DNA from: Phoronis australis
Lineage: Eukaryota > Animalia > Phoronida
Direction: 5' to 3'
Length of the DNA: 64,000 bases
NCBI GenBank assembly: GCA_002633005.1
Contig: NMRA01000004.1
Location: 52,353 to 116,352 of the forward strand
Shown here in pieces: positions 1 through 12,069 of the stretch (positions are counted from its first letter, which is position 1; every line of letters begins with the position of its first letter). Made by a program: the position numbers and the translations under genes. The notes beneath the pieces are model-generated. The model made no database searches and was not told where the DNA came from. It was given only the letters and a program-made list of their open reading frames with translations.

Positions 1-3000
1 CATACATGGAATTAAAGTCCCCGCGATGTTTCCGTTCACTGTCCTTAATTGAGTTTTCTACGTACTTGTCTAGACACAAGTGTGCTTCCTCTGCCCTCCC
101 CGAACAGACCACCGTTAACATCGATGGTGCAACTGATTTGTAAGTTACACCTATTCTCGTCTGTGAGATGACTGAATGTAGAAGAAGTCCGCCATCAAAT
201 ACCTTCACGTAGTCGTGTAAAAAATCTCCATCTGTTGTAGGTTCTGTCTGGAACAATTCAATTTTTTTCAGCAAAGCAGACTTTTCCGTTTTGACGAGCG
301 CTCCATCGCAGTGAGCAAGTGCTAATGGGTAAGGTGTGACAGGATGTGAGATCAGAAGTTGTCGAAGATCGAAGTCTGCCCTCTCTGCTACAACTACGAC
401 CATGCGTATGAACAAATCTCTTAGACTCTCTGCGGCTGTCTTGTTTCTCTGGGAGGCCCATGACTTGGCTTTATTCTTCACGCTCTCAGCAGGGAAATTT
501 TGGACAGCTGTACGTTTAACTGGTCGCAGAAACCTACTGCTGTCATTTTCCCATTCCTGATGGAATTTTCCCCTCGCATCATGGTCTCGGCTCAGCGCAT
601 TGATCAGGTAGTCTTCCGTTCTTGGGATGCTGCTTGGCCAGTTGCGATATTAACCAGACCCGGTGGAGCATTGTTCTCAAACGGATTGCAGAAATTGTCG
701 ATTTTGACACTGAGTGATGCCATCTGTTCCTTATCTTTTTTGATTCTTGAAGGACTGCACTGACTCTTTGAATTCTCCCCGATTTCATGTCCTGCAAATG
801 TTCTAAGTTCAGTTACAGCCATTGCCCTTTGTGTCATAGAGAGGAACCATCGACGCATTGCATTTTCTGAGTTGCGGAAAGCCATTATCCCTGTCATGCT
901 CGATGCTGCATCCCTGTAGACGAACTGTTCCAAAGAGAGGTCAACAGCCGATCTACTGAAGTTGTTCCTAGTACGTTGCACTGAAAACGCTCCGTTTTCC
1001 AGCACTTCGCGCAATTGTGGGACTGCAAATTTCAATTAAAACAACGTTCCCCATCTGGCGTAGTTTGGACGGTTCAGGGCAAAGAATACCTCTAGCATTG
1101 TCGGGAAAATGTTGATATAACCACTGACGTCATTTGTCTTGACGCATCTCTGGAGTTCTCTGTTAGCACGGTTTATGAGAAAGATGTAGGTTGCCCAAAA
1201 CTGAGCAGTTTTGCCATATTTGCCATTAATCACTATGTGAAAGAAATCTCGTTCATACTTATGGAGGTGCTGAGTAATTACAGGATCATCAAGGTTTGCC
1301 TCTATTTGTTCTGGATCTGAAGGGACTGCGATCATAACCGTAAGGAATGATTCATATTCCTCCGGAGCCAAGTCATGCAGAAATTTTTGGTACATCTTGC
1401 CCTCCAAAACGTTAGCAAGAAGCTCGTGAACCCGAGTGCACCTGTTGTAGAATTTTCCTTTAATGAAGCCCATCATAGACCCTTCTGCCAAGATACCAGT
1501 CTCTGAAAGTAGGAACTCTATGCCACTTCCATTTATCATGGTTCCCACAGCTCCATAAAAAGCCAGCTCCGTATTATCAGCAGCTTATCAAACAATGGTC
1601 TTTCAAGTTCTTGTATTGCGTAGGCTTTTAAAGCAACTTCCAAGTCATATGTGACGACTGCGTAGTCTTGCCCAGTCTCTCTGGCTACATACATTGTGCG
1701 GATCATAGTTTCTTTAACAACATCGTTGTTGGTTGGTGATTTTGAAATGGGTCCATGTAACAGATCCTTTGACGAGGCAAGGGGTCCCGTATGTAACTGC
1801 TTTAAATCCAGCATGCAGTGGAGTGTTACTTACCTTCCCTTAGTGTCGAAAACCAGTAGAGATCCAACAAGTGGAGCTGTATGTTCTTGTAGTTTACTTC
1901 AGTGCCTCTGACAAGATTGTCACGTGTTTGAGCAGAGTTTATGTTTATATTTGAAAAAGTAACGCCCTTAAGATATTTTCTGAATGGCCGCACGTCCCGC
2001 TCAACCCCCACAAACTGTCGACGATTCCTTCTCGAAACAACAGTGCAGCAGAAGCATCTTCCCTTTCTTCTTCCACCACATTCTGGTAGCTATGATCAAC
2101 AGTTGCGTGCAGTGTTGACATGCCATCTAATGTTTTGACGTGTGCGTCATTATTATCCCAAACGGAGGCAGTGGCTAGATTTGGAAAGAGTTGAATACCA
2201 TCCGGTGCTTCGCGTTCATACGACTCTATGGAATACGCAAACTCAGTCTCAAGGCCTTTGCTTTCCTTGTAGTCGATGGAATGTCCTGCTCTGTTTAAAT
2301 CTGCAAAGACAGTTTTGAACCTGTCAGAGAAGACAGACCAAGTCCCAGGAACGTGTGCTTCCACGGCCTCACATTACCACGGGTAACGTTGTAAATGGCG
2401 TCAGATGCCATTGCGGTCACTTTGCTGTCAATGGATTCTCTTTGAGAGTTTGATGTTGTAATGCCACCGAAAAGTGTCCGGTAAAACATTTCAAGTTGCT
2501 GCGATATCTTTGGTGCACATGATTTCAAATTCTGCACTGTTGTTGGAATAGGTGTCTTTAAGTTAGGCAGTTGCAAGATTGGAGACCGAAGATGAAGAGC
2601 AGCCCATCTCTGCCTCCAATTGGTCTTTGATCTTCTTAAGGAGATTCTGAGTTGTGTATACTGAGACGTCAGCTTTTGTCCCACCATGGCCATTTGGGAA
2701 CATAGGGACATCTGGGCTGGGAAAACAGTATTTGGGAAAGCGCTGGGAAACATAGGCCCGAGAAAATATCAGTTGCGGAATATAGAGACGAGGTAACTCA
2801 GGGACCGGAAAATATCGATGCGGACCCAGCGAAATGACGGTCAAAACGAACAGAGCTTTCATTAAATAGTAAAAACTGCATTTCACAGGGCACATGTGAA
2901 GGTCGATTTACCAAGAAAATAGCTTGGGCCTATGACGAGCTTTCTAATTGTAATTCACCTGTTTGAAATCACGCAACTACTTGGCAGTCAACACTCATGA

Positions 3001-4566
3001 ACAATTATATTAGAAAACTACTCAGCGATAATAGTCAAGAATCTCCCGAAACCTCCGTTGTTTTCAGCTTTCAACGCCCATATCAAATAGCTCGTCGTGG
3101 TTAAGCACGTGTACAACGGAAATGACGGTAGTTGGTGTGCATACATAACGCAGACGGCAGCAAAAGACGCCATTTCGATTATTCCTCGTTGTAAGAGTTA
3201 CATCAAATGAGATGTGGATTTGGGTATAATTCGTCCGAAAACAGGGGGACGTACTTTAGACTGGTAAAACGGGACGGATTTCTATGTTCTGTTTTTAATT
3301 GTGAATTAGAATATATCATGTGGAGTATTCCGTTGTTGTTGTGTACACTTGTGAGGTCGCTGCAACCGATCAGGTGCGATTTTTCTGATTTCTCATGCCC
3401 TGACATAAATTTGCAGACAAAAATCTCTCACCTTATGTAAAAAGTGCTTGGTTCCTCAACTTGGTGCTTACTCAGTGCAAATAGGCTTTTATGAATTTTG
3501 TTTCTACTCCTGCCATCTCGCTGTCGCACCATGTTCAGTGATGCTGAACATCGTGCAATTGGTTATCAAACGGTTACCTGGTGGGTTGATCTACCTCAAC
3601 TCGGGTATTTGGGCGTGTCTGGCGGGGCTAACCCACCACTAGATTTGTCTGGCAATGCTTATTCGTGATACCCGAGGCTACGGTGAATATTTTGCAACCA
3701 GTTTCGTGCGGTTACCTCTTGGATTGATCTAGCTCAATTTTAGCCCTGTCTGATAATCGTCTGGCAAGGGCACCCCACGGCAGAAATTGTCTGGCATCTA
3801 ACTTTTGTGCCATGTTCAGTGATGCTGAACATCGTGCAATTGGTTTCAAGCGGTTACCTGATGGATTGATCTAGCTCAATTCATGTCTGGCAGCTAACTT
3901 TTGTGCCATGTTCAGTGATGCTGAACATCGTGCAATTGGTTTCAAGCGGTTACCTGATGAATTGACCTAGCTCAATTCTGGTATTTGGGCGTGTCTGGCG
4001 GGGGTAACCCACCACTAGATTTGTCTGGCAGTGTTCATTCGTGATACCTGGGCTTACGGTGAAAATTTTGCGACTGGTTTCAAGCGGTTACCTCTTGGAT
4101 TGACCTAGCTCAATTTTTGTACCCTGTATATGTTCGTCTGGCGGGTAGTCCCCACCACTGAAATTGTCTGGCAGTGGCCAATTTTGATACAGTGGATTAC
4201 GTAGTAGGTATTCAAGGCAGTTTGAAGTGGTTACCAGAAAAGTTGATCTAGCTCAATTTTCGAGTGTCATTCTCTTGGCTCCCCTGACCACACCCACCAG
4301 AGCGAACCTGCCAGACGGCCATTTCCAAGCATCAGGATACCCATAGAGCACTGTGGCACCAAAGAAAATTGGTTACCTTTTCATGCCCAAAAAAGCTCTG
4401 GGATCCCGGTCTATGTAGCCAGCCCCCTATGGTCCGCCACCCATGAATCACCAACTGATTCTGAAGGTTTTACAGTTTTTGAATTATCAATACCCACAGA
4501 GCACTGTGGCACCAAAGAAAATTGGTTACCTTTTCATGCCCAAAAAAGCTCTGGGATCCCGGTCTA
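1..4566 (-). mobile_element. Academ-like DNA transposon, decayed: transposase plus XPG/PIN-like domain, subterminal repeats and terminus; runs off the window start
   Basis: Frameshifted minus-strand fragments across 1-2750: WDNNDAHVKTLDGMSTLHAT, VVTYDLEVALKAYAIQ, GKFYNRCTRVHELLA, FFALNRPNYARW, FSRSAVDLSLEQFV. Near base 1 is VFDGGLLLH...LDKYVENSIKDSERKHRG (XPG/PIN-like). The terminus reads TAGACCGGGATCCC on the minus strand. Family assignment is from recall. Confidence 0.7.
3527..4260. repeat. Subterminal imperfect repeat array of the Academ-like element
   Basis: Repeated CCATGTTCAGTGATGCTGAACATCGTGCAATTGG (~3529, ~3810, ~3906). GGTTACCT..GAT/CCTAGCTCAATT..GTCTGGC modules recur about six times. 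Confidence 0.85.
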
Positions 4567-4937
4567 GTAGTACCCCGTTCTTGATGAAAAACTCCTAACA
4601 TGTAGCTTGATAAGTTGCGGCTGCAGATTTTCTTTCAGCATCTAAATCACTTCAATGTTTAGGTGATCGACCAAATATTAAACACTGTTGGGGTGATGTT
4701 ACAAATCGAGGCAGGTTTTTAGACCCACATACAGCGTGTACGAAGACCAATAATTCTTACTTATTCTTCTGAAATATTTGCAGATGAGTAACTGTTTCAG
4801 AGAAAGAAAGAAATTTTATAAAAATAATAAGCTTATGTTCTTTAAATGTCCCTTCTCTTCAACGTTGGCTTTGTGTTAACAGACAAGGCGGGGTACAATG
4901 CCACATGCAAATGTAAGTACTAGCAGCCAAACAAAAG

Positions 4938-5359
4938 GGTTACAGCCCACTACTCCGAAGGCCCACTGTTCCGAAAAACAAACACTACTCCGAAAAAACA
5001 CTACTCCGAAGAAACCCGCGCCTCCTCCAATTATGAACGACGCATTTTTTTTCATTTTAATAACATTAATACGATACATTTTCTTTTGGTCAAGCGAGCA
5101 ACTTCAAAGACGATACGATGCAAGAGTCGTTCACTATAAAGATAGCAGAAACGGCTGAAACAAGTCGTTGGACTTCAGTGTCCAAATTTTTGTCTTTTGT
5201 GTGGACATTTTGATACTAAGTTATAACACATTCGTGAAATTGGGAGAAAATTTATGAAGGTCGAATAAAAATAATAAAAAGATAACATTTCGTGGTAATG
5301 GGTTTCTTCGGTGTACTGGCTTTTGAAGTAATGGCCCTTCGGAGTAGTGACCTGTTACC
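4938..5359. mobile_element. MITE with ~9-bp TSD (Mutator-like)
   Basis: TIRs GGTTACAGCCCACTACTCCGAAGG / CCTTCGGAGTAGTGACCTGTTACC with internal CACTACTCCGAA repeats; flanks AAACAAAAG and AAACAAAAT. Confidence 0.75.
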
Positions 5360-6935
5360 AAACAAAATAGGTCGCGGTTATAGAACATTGAGAGGTACTC
5401 CAAAAAGTCTTGAGAGAGCTCCGCGGTTACCACCGCCACCCAAAAGCTGACAGTTTTCTCCTATAGACCTAACACTATTGGAAGACAGAAATGACCAGAC
5501 TATTCCCGGCTTCCAGCCAGGGCCACGAGTCAGTACGTGTAAAGAATGACCAGTGTAATTCACGGGTTTGCTGACTAGTCGCTGAAACCGTACCTCAAGT
5601 GTCGCTTGATGATTCCTTTATGAAAAACGATGACAAAATGAAACCGAAGCTTGATTTAATAAGTACAATAGTCGATTTCAACACTCTCGAGCGGACAACT
5701 GGAAGTACACAATGTAAACGCTCGTGACCAGTCCCGTGAAGTCTCGGGGTCGCAAGCTTTAATGCTAGAATACATGGGTCGCGCGCAGGAGTAGGCATTC
5801 CATTCCTCCATTTCGGTGATTTGTATTTGGTAAAATTGACCAATCGCTAAAGTGACTATCCTCCCATTCGTAGTCAGGGGTCTAGTCGAAATGCCGGGAG
5901 ATTTTGCTTATAATTTGCTCTAGATGCCGTCAAGGACGGTGACCGGCCAGCGAACCTTAAGTCGATGTTGTAAAACTGCAACATTTGCGTTAAAGTCTTT
6001 GCTAGTAAAGGTGTCTGTCTTCCAAGCCAGAGAGTACGGATTTTTGGCCAGAAGACAAAACCCGGTGAAAAAACAGATTTCCATGAATGAAAAGTTAAAA
6101 AGAATTGCTTACATTAAGAAACCCTTGAATGGTTGTTTTAACAACGCCCTCGGGGAGGTTTTAGCTCGTTTTGCGATTTTTTGGAGAAAATTTGTGATCA
6201 ACTGGCCAAAATTAGGGCATTTCAAAATGGCCACCTAACTTTGACTGGACTTCTTAAAGTAGGTTACAAATATGTCGGTTTCTCAGGAATTGGGCAAAAT
6301 TTGAGCTTTTTAATTGGTTGAAACGGAAAGGCAAAAGGAATAGAGTAAGGGTGTACGTAGCGTCACCAGCGAGGTCATCTGCCAGGGAGTAATGACTATT
6401 TATCCAGGCTAGGCATGTACTACGTACAACTTGGACGCATTTTAATTGAAACTGACTGTCATATCTTTGGTAATGAGCCTGCTACCTTTGTACGAGCCTA
6501 CAGCTTGTGCAGTTTCCATCAACAAACTTCACATTCAGCAGACCGGTCGTGTAATCTCCGGCAGGCTCGAATCCACGGGAGTCATTTTACGATTTTTCTT
6601 GCGTTTTGCCAGTTATGGTAATGGCAGCTAAGCTTTACTCCTCCAGTTGAAGGACTTCTTTCGTCATTTACACAATACCCGTTCACTTTTTTAAAGGTGC
6701 ATTTTCCATTTTTAGCTAGCTAAAAACAAAATAAATTAAATTTGACCGTTTACTCGAATCGGTCTCATATAATATTCCTTGTCGCCGTAGGATTCTATTT
6801 CCGTTAGCAACAGGAACACCAGAGACTCAAGAAAATCCTTTAGATTTACTGTTGGCAAATTCGAAAATGGCGCATGTACGCATTGCCTGTGACTTGAGTT
6901 GCAGATCATTCGGCAACAATTCACGTTTGGATCAC

Positions 6936-7416
6936 AGGCGTCCTCAGCTTCTGATAATCCCCAATACCCTATACATATATAAAACAAACTCCGGACTAGA
7001 AATAACAACAAACACAAAACTCAATAAATTGACACAAAACAGAGGCTCAACAATCCATGAGGAATTCTTCTTTCTCCCAATACCATTTAGGGTGTTCTGC
7101 TCCAACGAGTTCGCAAGACATTCGCGGTCAAAGCACAAAAATCTTACCAAAATGCCCGTCCGGAGCAACTCCCGTGTCCCACGCGAAGGTCAAGGACGGT
7201 ACGGAATTATCCGATGAGTTACGGACACCGTAAATGGTATTGGGAGAAAGAAGAATTGCTCATGGTTTATTGAACCTCTGTTTTGTGCAAACTTATTGAG
7301 TTTTGTGTTTTGCTATGGACGGTTGAAGTGAAGCACCCGTGGAATTTCTAGTCCGGAGTGTCATACTTTGTAGTATTATATAGTGTACTGGGGACGATCA
7401 GCAGCTGAGGACGCCT
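6936..7416. mobile_element. Foldback/MITE with long imperfect inverted repeats
   Basis: 6936-7089 (AGGCGTCCTCAGC...TTCTCCCAATACCATTTA) is the reverse complement of 7231-7416 (TAAATGGTATTGGGAGAA...GCTGAGGACGCCT). Confidence 0.8.
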
Positions 7417-8814
7417 CTAGTTTGGATGAGCGTAGCAATGTTTTTAGACCCCTCAAACACATCGGTCAAGAATTTCACACTGATATCTAAACAGTGATGA
7501 AATGTCCCTTTAACCATTTTACCTCAAAATCCACCGCCGAACACACTTGTCCTATACAGACACATGTCTAAGAAAACTGTCTGATGTTCATCTGTTTACA
7601 ACACGTGTTCACAGTCCTCAGTCAGCGTGATAGGTAACACTACTTCAAATGACACCTGGCGACAGGTTAATTGCATAATAAGGTGGCACACTACAGTTAC
7701 TACAGGGTTGGGGCTGCCGACACACACCCAAGTGGAGACGAGTCCTTATCTCACGTCCTTATCGAGAGTCTGGAAAAACAAAAGGTTTGTTGTCGTTCCC
7801 AACTCAAAAGCACTACTCATGATAACTGAAACTTAATTCTGCTACAGATTTTTAATCGGCTAATTCACATCGGGAAAAATACTGACACCTAAAAATAGGA
7901 CCAAAAACACCAAATCTGACAGTTTTCTACCCAAATTTACTACTTCCCTGCAAGTTGTAGAAAAAAATCAGATTCAGAATGCTCGTTCTACAGCCTAACT
8001 GTTCAGTGCCACTTCATGTTTTCGCAACCGATTAAATCTTAAAGTGCAACAGCTCATTCACACCAGTGAAACTTTCCTTCTTGCGTCGCGATCGTCTTCC
8101 AAATGGTCGCATTTACTTCAGATATTAGACCACCGCCTTGGCAGATTGTGATTGGCTGAGACATGCACGTTTGGTTGGAGAAATCTTCTCGTGACATTAC
8201 TGTGCATGTCCCTATTGGTCCCTGGTTGACAAATGTTTGTGATTTTCACAATTATCAATCACTATAAGAAGCGCGACAAGTGCGCGAGACGCGCATTGTT
8301 CGGAGTTTCATGCTGGTAGCTATATGACGACTAACAAATCAACTGAGAATATGAGCTGGTTATTGGAATGAAGATAACCTGCAACAACTTTAAAACAATC
8401 GGTGGGTCTACACAGTAAGTGCGCTTGGGTTTTTGCATTCATTTATACTCCGTAGCCAAATCGACGTGACTACGCGTTTGGTTAAGGAAACAAAATTTGT
8501 AGTCATATAAATTAAATACCCCGAATTGCGTCATATGCCATGTCAAAGTCCTATCGCATGCTTCAAACGGCCAACTGGTTTCTACTGCGGTAAACGTAGT
8601 AAATTATAGGGTAGCAGTAATAGTTGTTTTATTTCCCTAAAAACACGACAAAGAGGGGCACCGTGGCAGTCTGTTGTATCACATTCATATTTACGAACTT
8701 TTTGGAGCTCCTCTAGATGAGAAATTTTGTCAAATATGTTACCAATATTTCACACTAATGGAATTTTTATTTTTCAGTGTGGCTGTTTGTTTGTTTGAAT
8801 ACGCGAAACAACTT

Positions 8815-9900
8815 TTAATTGGTCATAATTGAGCTTCCTTGTCCAAAAGTATTTTGACACCGTGCCTCATTGAACTTTCTTTTACATAAATAATTAAGGG
8901 CAGGGAAACAGGTAACGTCATTCCATAAACGCAACAAAACACTGAATTGCATTTGCGAGCCCTTTGCACTTGTCGGGCATACACGCACACCTAAAACATT
9001 CAATGGTTCAAACAGATTTCACGTTCCTCAGATAACCAAAAGCTGGGCTTCCTCTCAATGCTCTTTTGTAGACCTTGAGTCATACAAACTGATGCTGTGG
9101 AATATATCAAATAATGTGTCAATCTGCTCGACAGAAATTTAGTGTGACACTCCTCTGTGGGAAGAACCTGAACAAATGTAAAACAGTATGGCAGCCTGAA
9201 CTTTATGATTTAAAAACTGCGCAGCCTGTTTCGTTTTCATCTTGGAAAAATGGAAGAAGTCTCGTGTATTGTTCACTTTGGAACAAGTTGTAAAGCAATT
9301 GGACTTCAACTCTCAATTTCATATATGCGTTTTACGTAGGGCCGTCATGCATAGAATCACGCTGTTTCAAATTAGTTCGCAAGCCTTTTAAGAGGTGGGA
9401 TGGATCACTGTTTTCTTGTCCGTGGTAAAAAATTGACGTTCTACTGAAACACTTAATAAATTGGCCAACTTTTGGTTGCTTGCTGCCTGATTAAATATTG
9501 TACTCTTAACAAATACACCAAAACTGCTCATTTACCTCAGGCAAACTTCCAGCAGAACCTTATCAATAAGCACTAGGACTTCTATTATATAACAATACAA
9601 CTTCATGTCTTAGACCACCGTTTTCTCTCTTTTAACATACATGGCCACTGTGGCATAACAAAATTGTATGCATTGCCGAAAGATTTTCAGATACTTTAAT
9701 ATCTGAAAATTTAAAAATACTTTGCTGTTTCAATGTCACTTTCCTTTCTGGACATCTTAGATAACTTCGCATTGACACAATGCTGATATTTCCGTTGTCG
9801 CTCATTCTGCGATACGTCGCCAGCTTCTGTCTGCGATTCTTCTTTGTTGGAGTTTGTATAGGATTCCGACCTTTCACACGGGAGTAGGTGACGATTCATC
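8815..9900 (-). mobile_element. P-element-superfamily transposase remnant
   Basis: Manual minus-strand translation gives, in P-transposase order: VKSTIFNQAASNQKLANLLSVSVERQFF, DPSHLLK..RTNL, FSKMKTKQAAQFLNHKVQAAI, IDTLFDIF, LLRLWNDV..LNYLCKRKFNEARCQNTFG. Multiple frameshifts. Confidence 0.7.
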
Positions 9901-10330
9901 AGCTGAAAGACAGCAAAGATTTTTTTCTATTTAATGAGTCCATGTTGCTTGTTATACAATTCTGTAGAATGGATTTAGAGGCTGGTGTTATTAATGTCAT
10001 GTTGCTTGTGTTGCTGTGTCGATGACGTGATCAACAAAGAGAATCATCCGGTTTGAAAAGTAATTAAGGTACATCAACTACGGTTTGTTCGAGTAGTCTT
10101 CATTGCTACCGGATATTACAACCGTTCAGGGAGAGCCAATACATATTCTAACTCTATTCATCTCATCTCATAAATGTTCCGTGTAATATCAATGTTCGGA
10201 GAGGCTGTATAATGCTGAAATGAATGTGTCAATTAATGTACCTTTCATTAGACTACGCTAGATCGTAATTACAATTGACCAAAACGTTCGAGTAATGGCC
10301 TTGTCATGATCTTGCGTGAAGACCTGCCTC

Positions 10331-10471
10331 CCGTTCAGTAACGCTAAGACCTCGCTAAAAAGCAAGACATCGCGAGATTACGTGAGATATTGCCGTGCAT
10401 TGTAAATAAGAAACATGACTTTGACTAGGTTTTAGCTAGGTCCTAGCGTAGGTCCTAGCGTCTACTGAACG
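10331..10471. mobile_element. Short inverted-repeat element (MITE-like)
   Basis: CGTTCAGTAACGCTAAGACCT pairs with AGGTCCTAGCGTCTACTGAACG. Confidence 0.55.
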
Positions 10472-12069
10472 CGCGCCTGGAAGGCTGAAACATGTCTGCA
10501 GCACCAGGGTGTGAACTCGTGTATTTATTTACGTCATCCGATTCGGCTTAAGATATATACATGTATAAGCCTGATACGTACCCAAAAAACGAAAACGTTT
10601 GGCACGAATCGGCCAGCACGCTGGTCAAACATCCGGCTTCTTTAAATGTAAAATTTCGGGCGATTGCACGTGACACAACGCCATTGTTTTTACCAAACCC
10701 GGCATTACTATGTTCAGATCACACTTTTAAAGAAGGCGAAAACTCTTAAAAATAATTTTTAGACAGATCGTGGTGAATGTACTTCTTGTAGATGCCAACG
10801 TGAGAGTTATTCACTTTGCACATTGCAAGAATTTCTAGAAGAAATCGTCAGATTCACTATTTTTGAAACACAGAGGAAATAAGAACTCTTTCATGCAGTT
10901 TTCAAATTCTCCGTCTCTAATAATATGTATGCGACCATGCGCTCACAGAAGTCGGACTGGCTGCTGCTTGAAATCGCCATTGCTTTGTTTACATCAAAGG
11001 TCAAATGTCATATTTTCTATATAAGGGAAATGTGCCACGTCAGTTTCTTGCAATACGAAATAAGGAGACGTGGTTTGCCGTGTGGGAGAAAAATCGACGA
11101 AGCGACGAGCAGAAACCTGAAAGAATTTTAGGGGGGCCATGGACCCCTTGGCCCCCTTAAATCCCCCACTGCAATCAGAAAATCACCTGCAGGCAATTCA
11201 GGAAGCCAGCCCTGGTTAATAACCGGTACTACCATGGTACAGTGTTGGCGTAACGTAAAGCCACTTAGACGTGATAAAAAATTTGAAAGCCATCAATTTC
11301 CTCTAAAATATATCCACACGATCAAGCGTCACCTGAGCTCGATACCTAAATCATGCAGTTGGTATCAATTGTAACAGAAAAATATTTTTTCTAACACTGA
11401 AGCCACAGCGAAAAGTATCATTAGCTTTTTATTTATTGACACTAAAGCTATTCGTAGCTCTGCCACTTCTCTTTGTATTGCATCGGAGTCACATGACTAG
11501 AACGTCCATGATGAGCACTTGATGGAGTATGATTACACTACAAGAAAAAGATAAATTAAAACAAATATTTTTTCATATCGGTTTCAAAAATATGTTAATT
11601 CTTATTAAAAATTAACCGTGCACTCAAAAATGAGAAAAATAACAAATAGTGCAATTACAGAACCTTTCATGTTCTAATTGACGGGTTAATTAATCAATTT
11701 TGTCAATTAATGTATTGCACACTTGTAATATAAAAGGAAAACTAAGTACAAAGGTGTAAGTTATAGAAATGACTTCTTGAACCAAGAGGGAAATTTTAAG
11801 TAATTTAAAAGATTACTACCAGACAGTTTTTAGAATATGGGTCCTTCAAAGCTCCTGGGGAGAATTTTTTTAGACATTCATCTAAAATAATAATTGAAAA
11901 ATTAGGCATGTATTGGCGTTTGGTGAAAGTACATTCTTTAGTGAACATTCAGGTTACTTTGACTCGTCCAAAATATGCCTAACACCACTCCAACTACCCA
12001 AGCGAAATTTGCATGTACTCATTACACCGTAGACTATAGTACTTGGGGAACTAACTCCGTACAAGTTGT

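Noticed and set aside
3527-4260. CRISPR-like array
   Set aside because: The context is eukaryotic with no cas genes, the units are irregular, the 'spacers' resemble each other, and the array lies at a transposon end.
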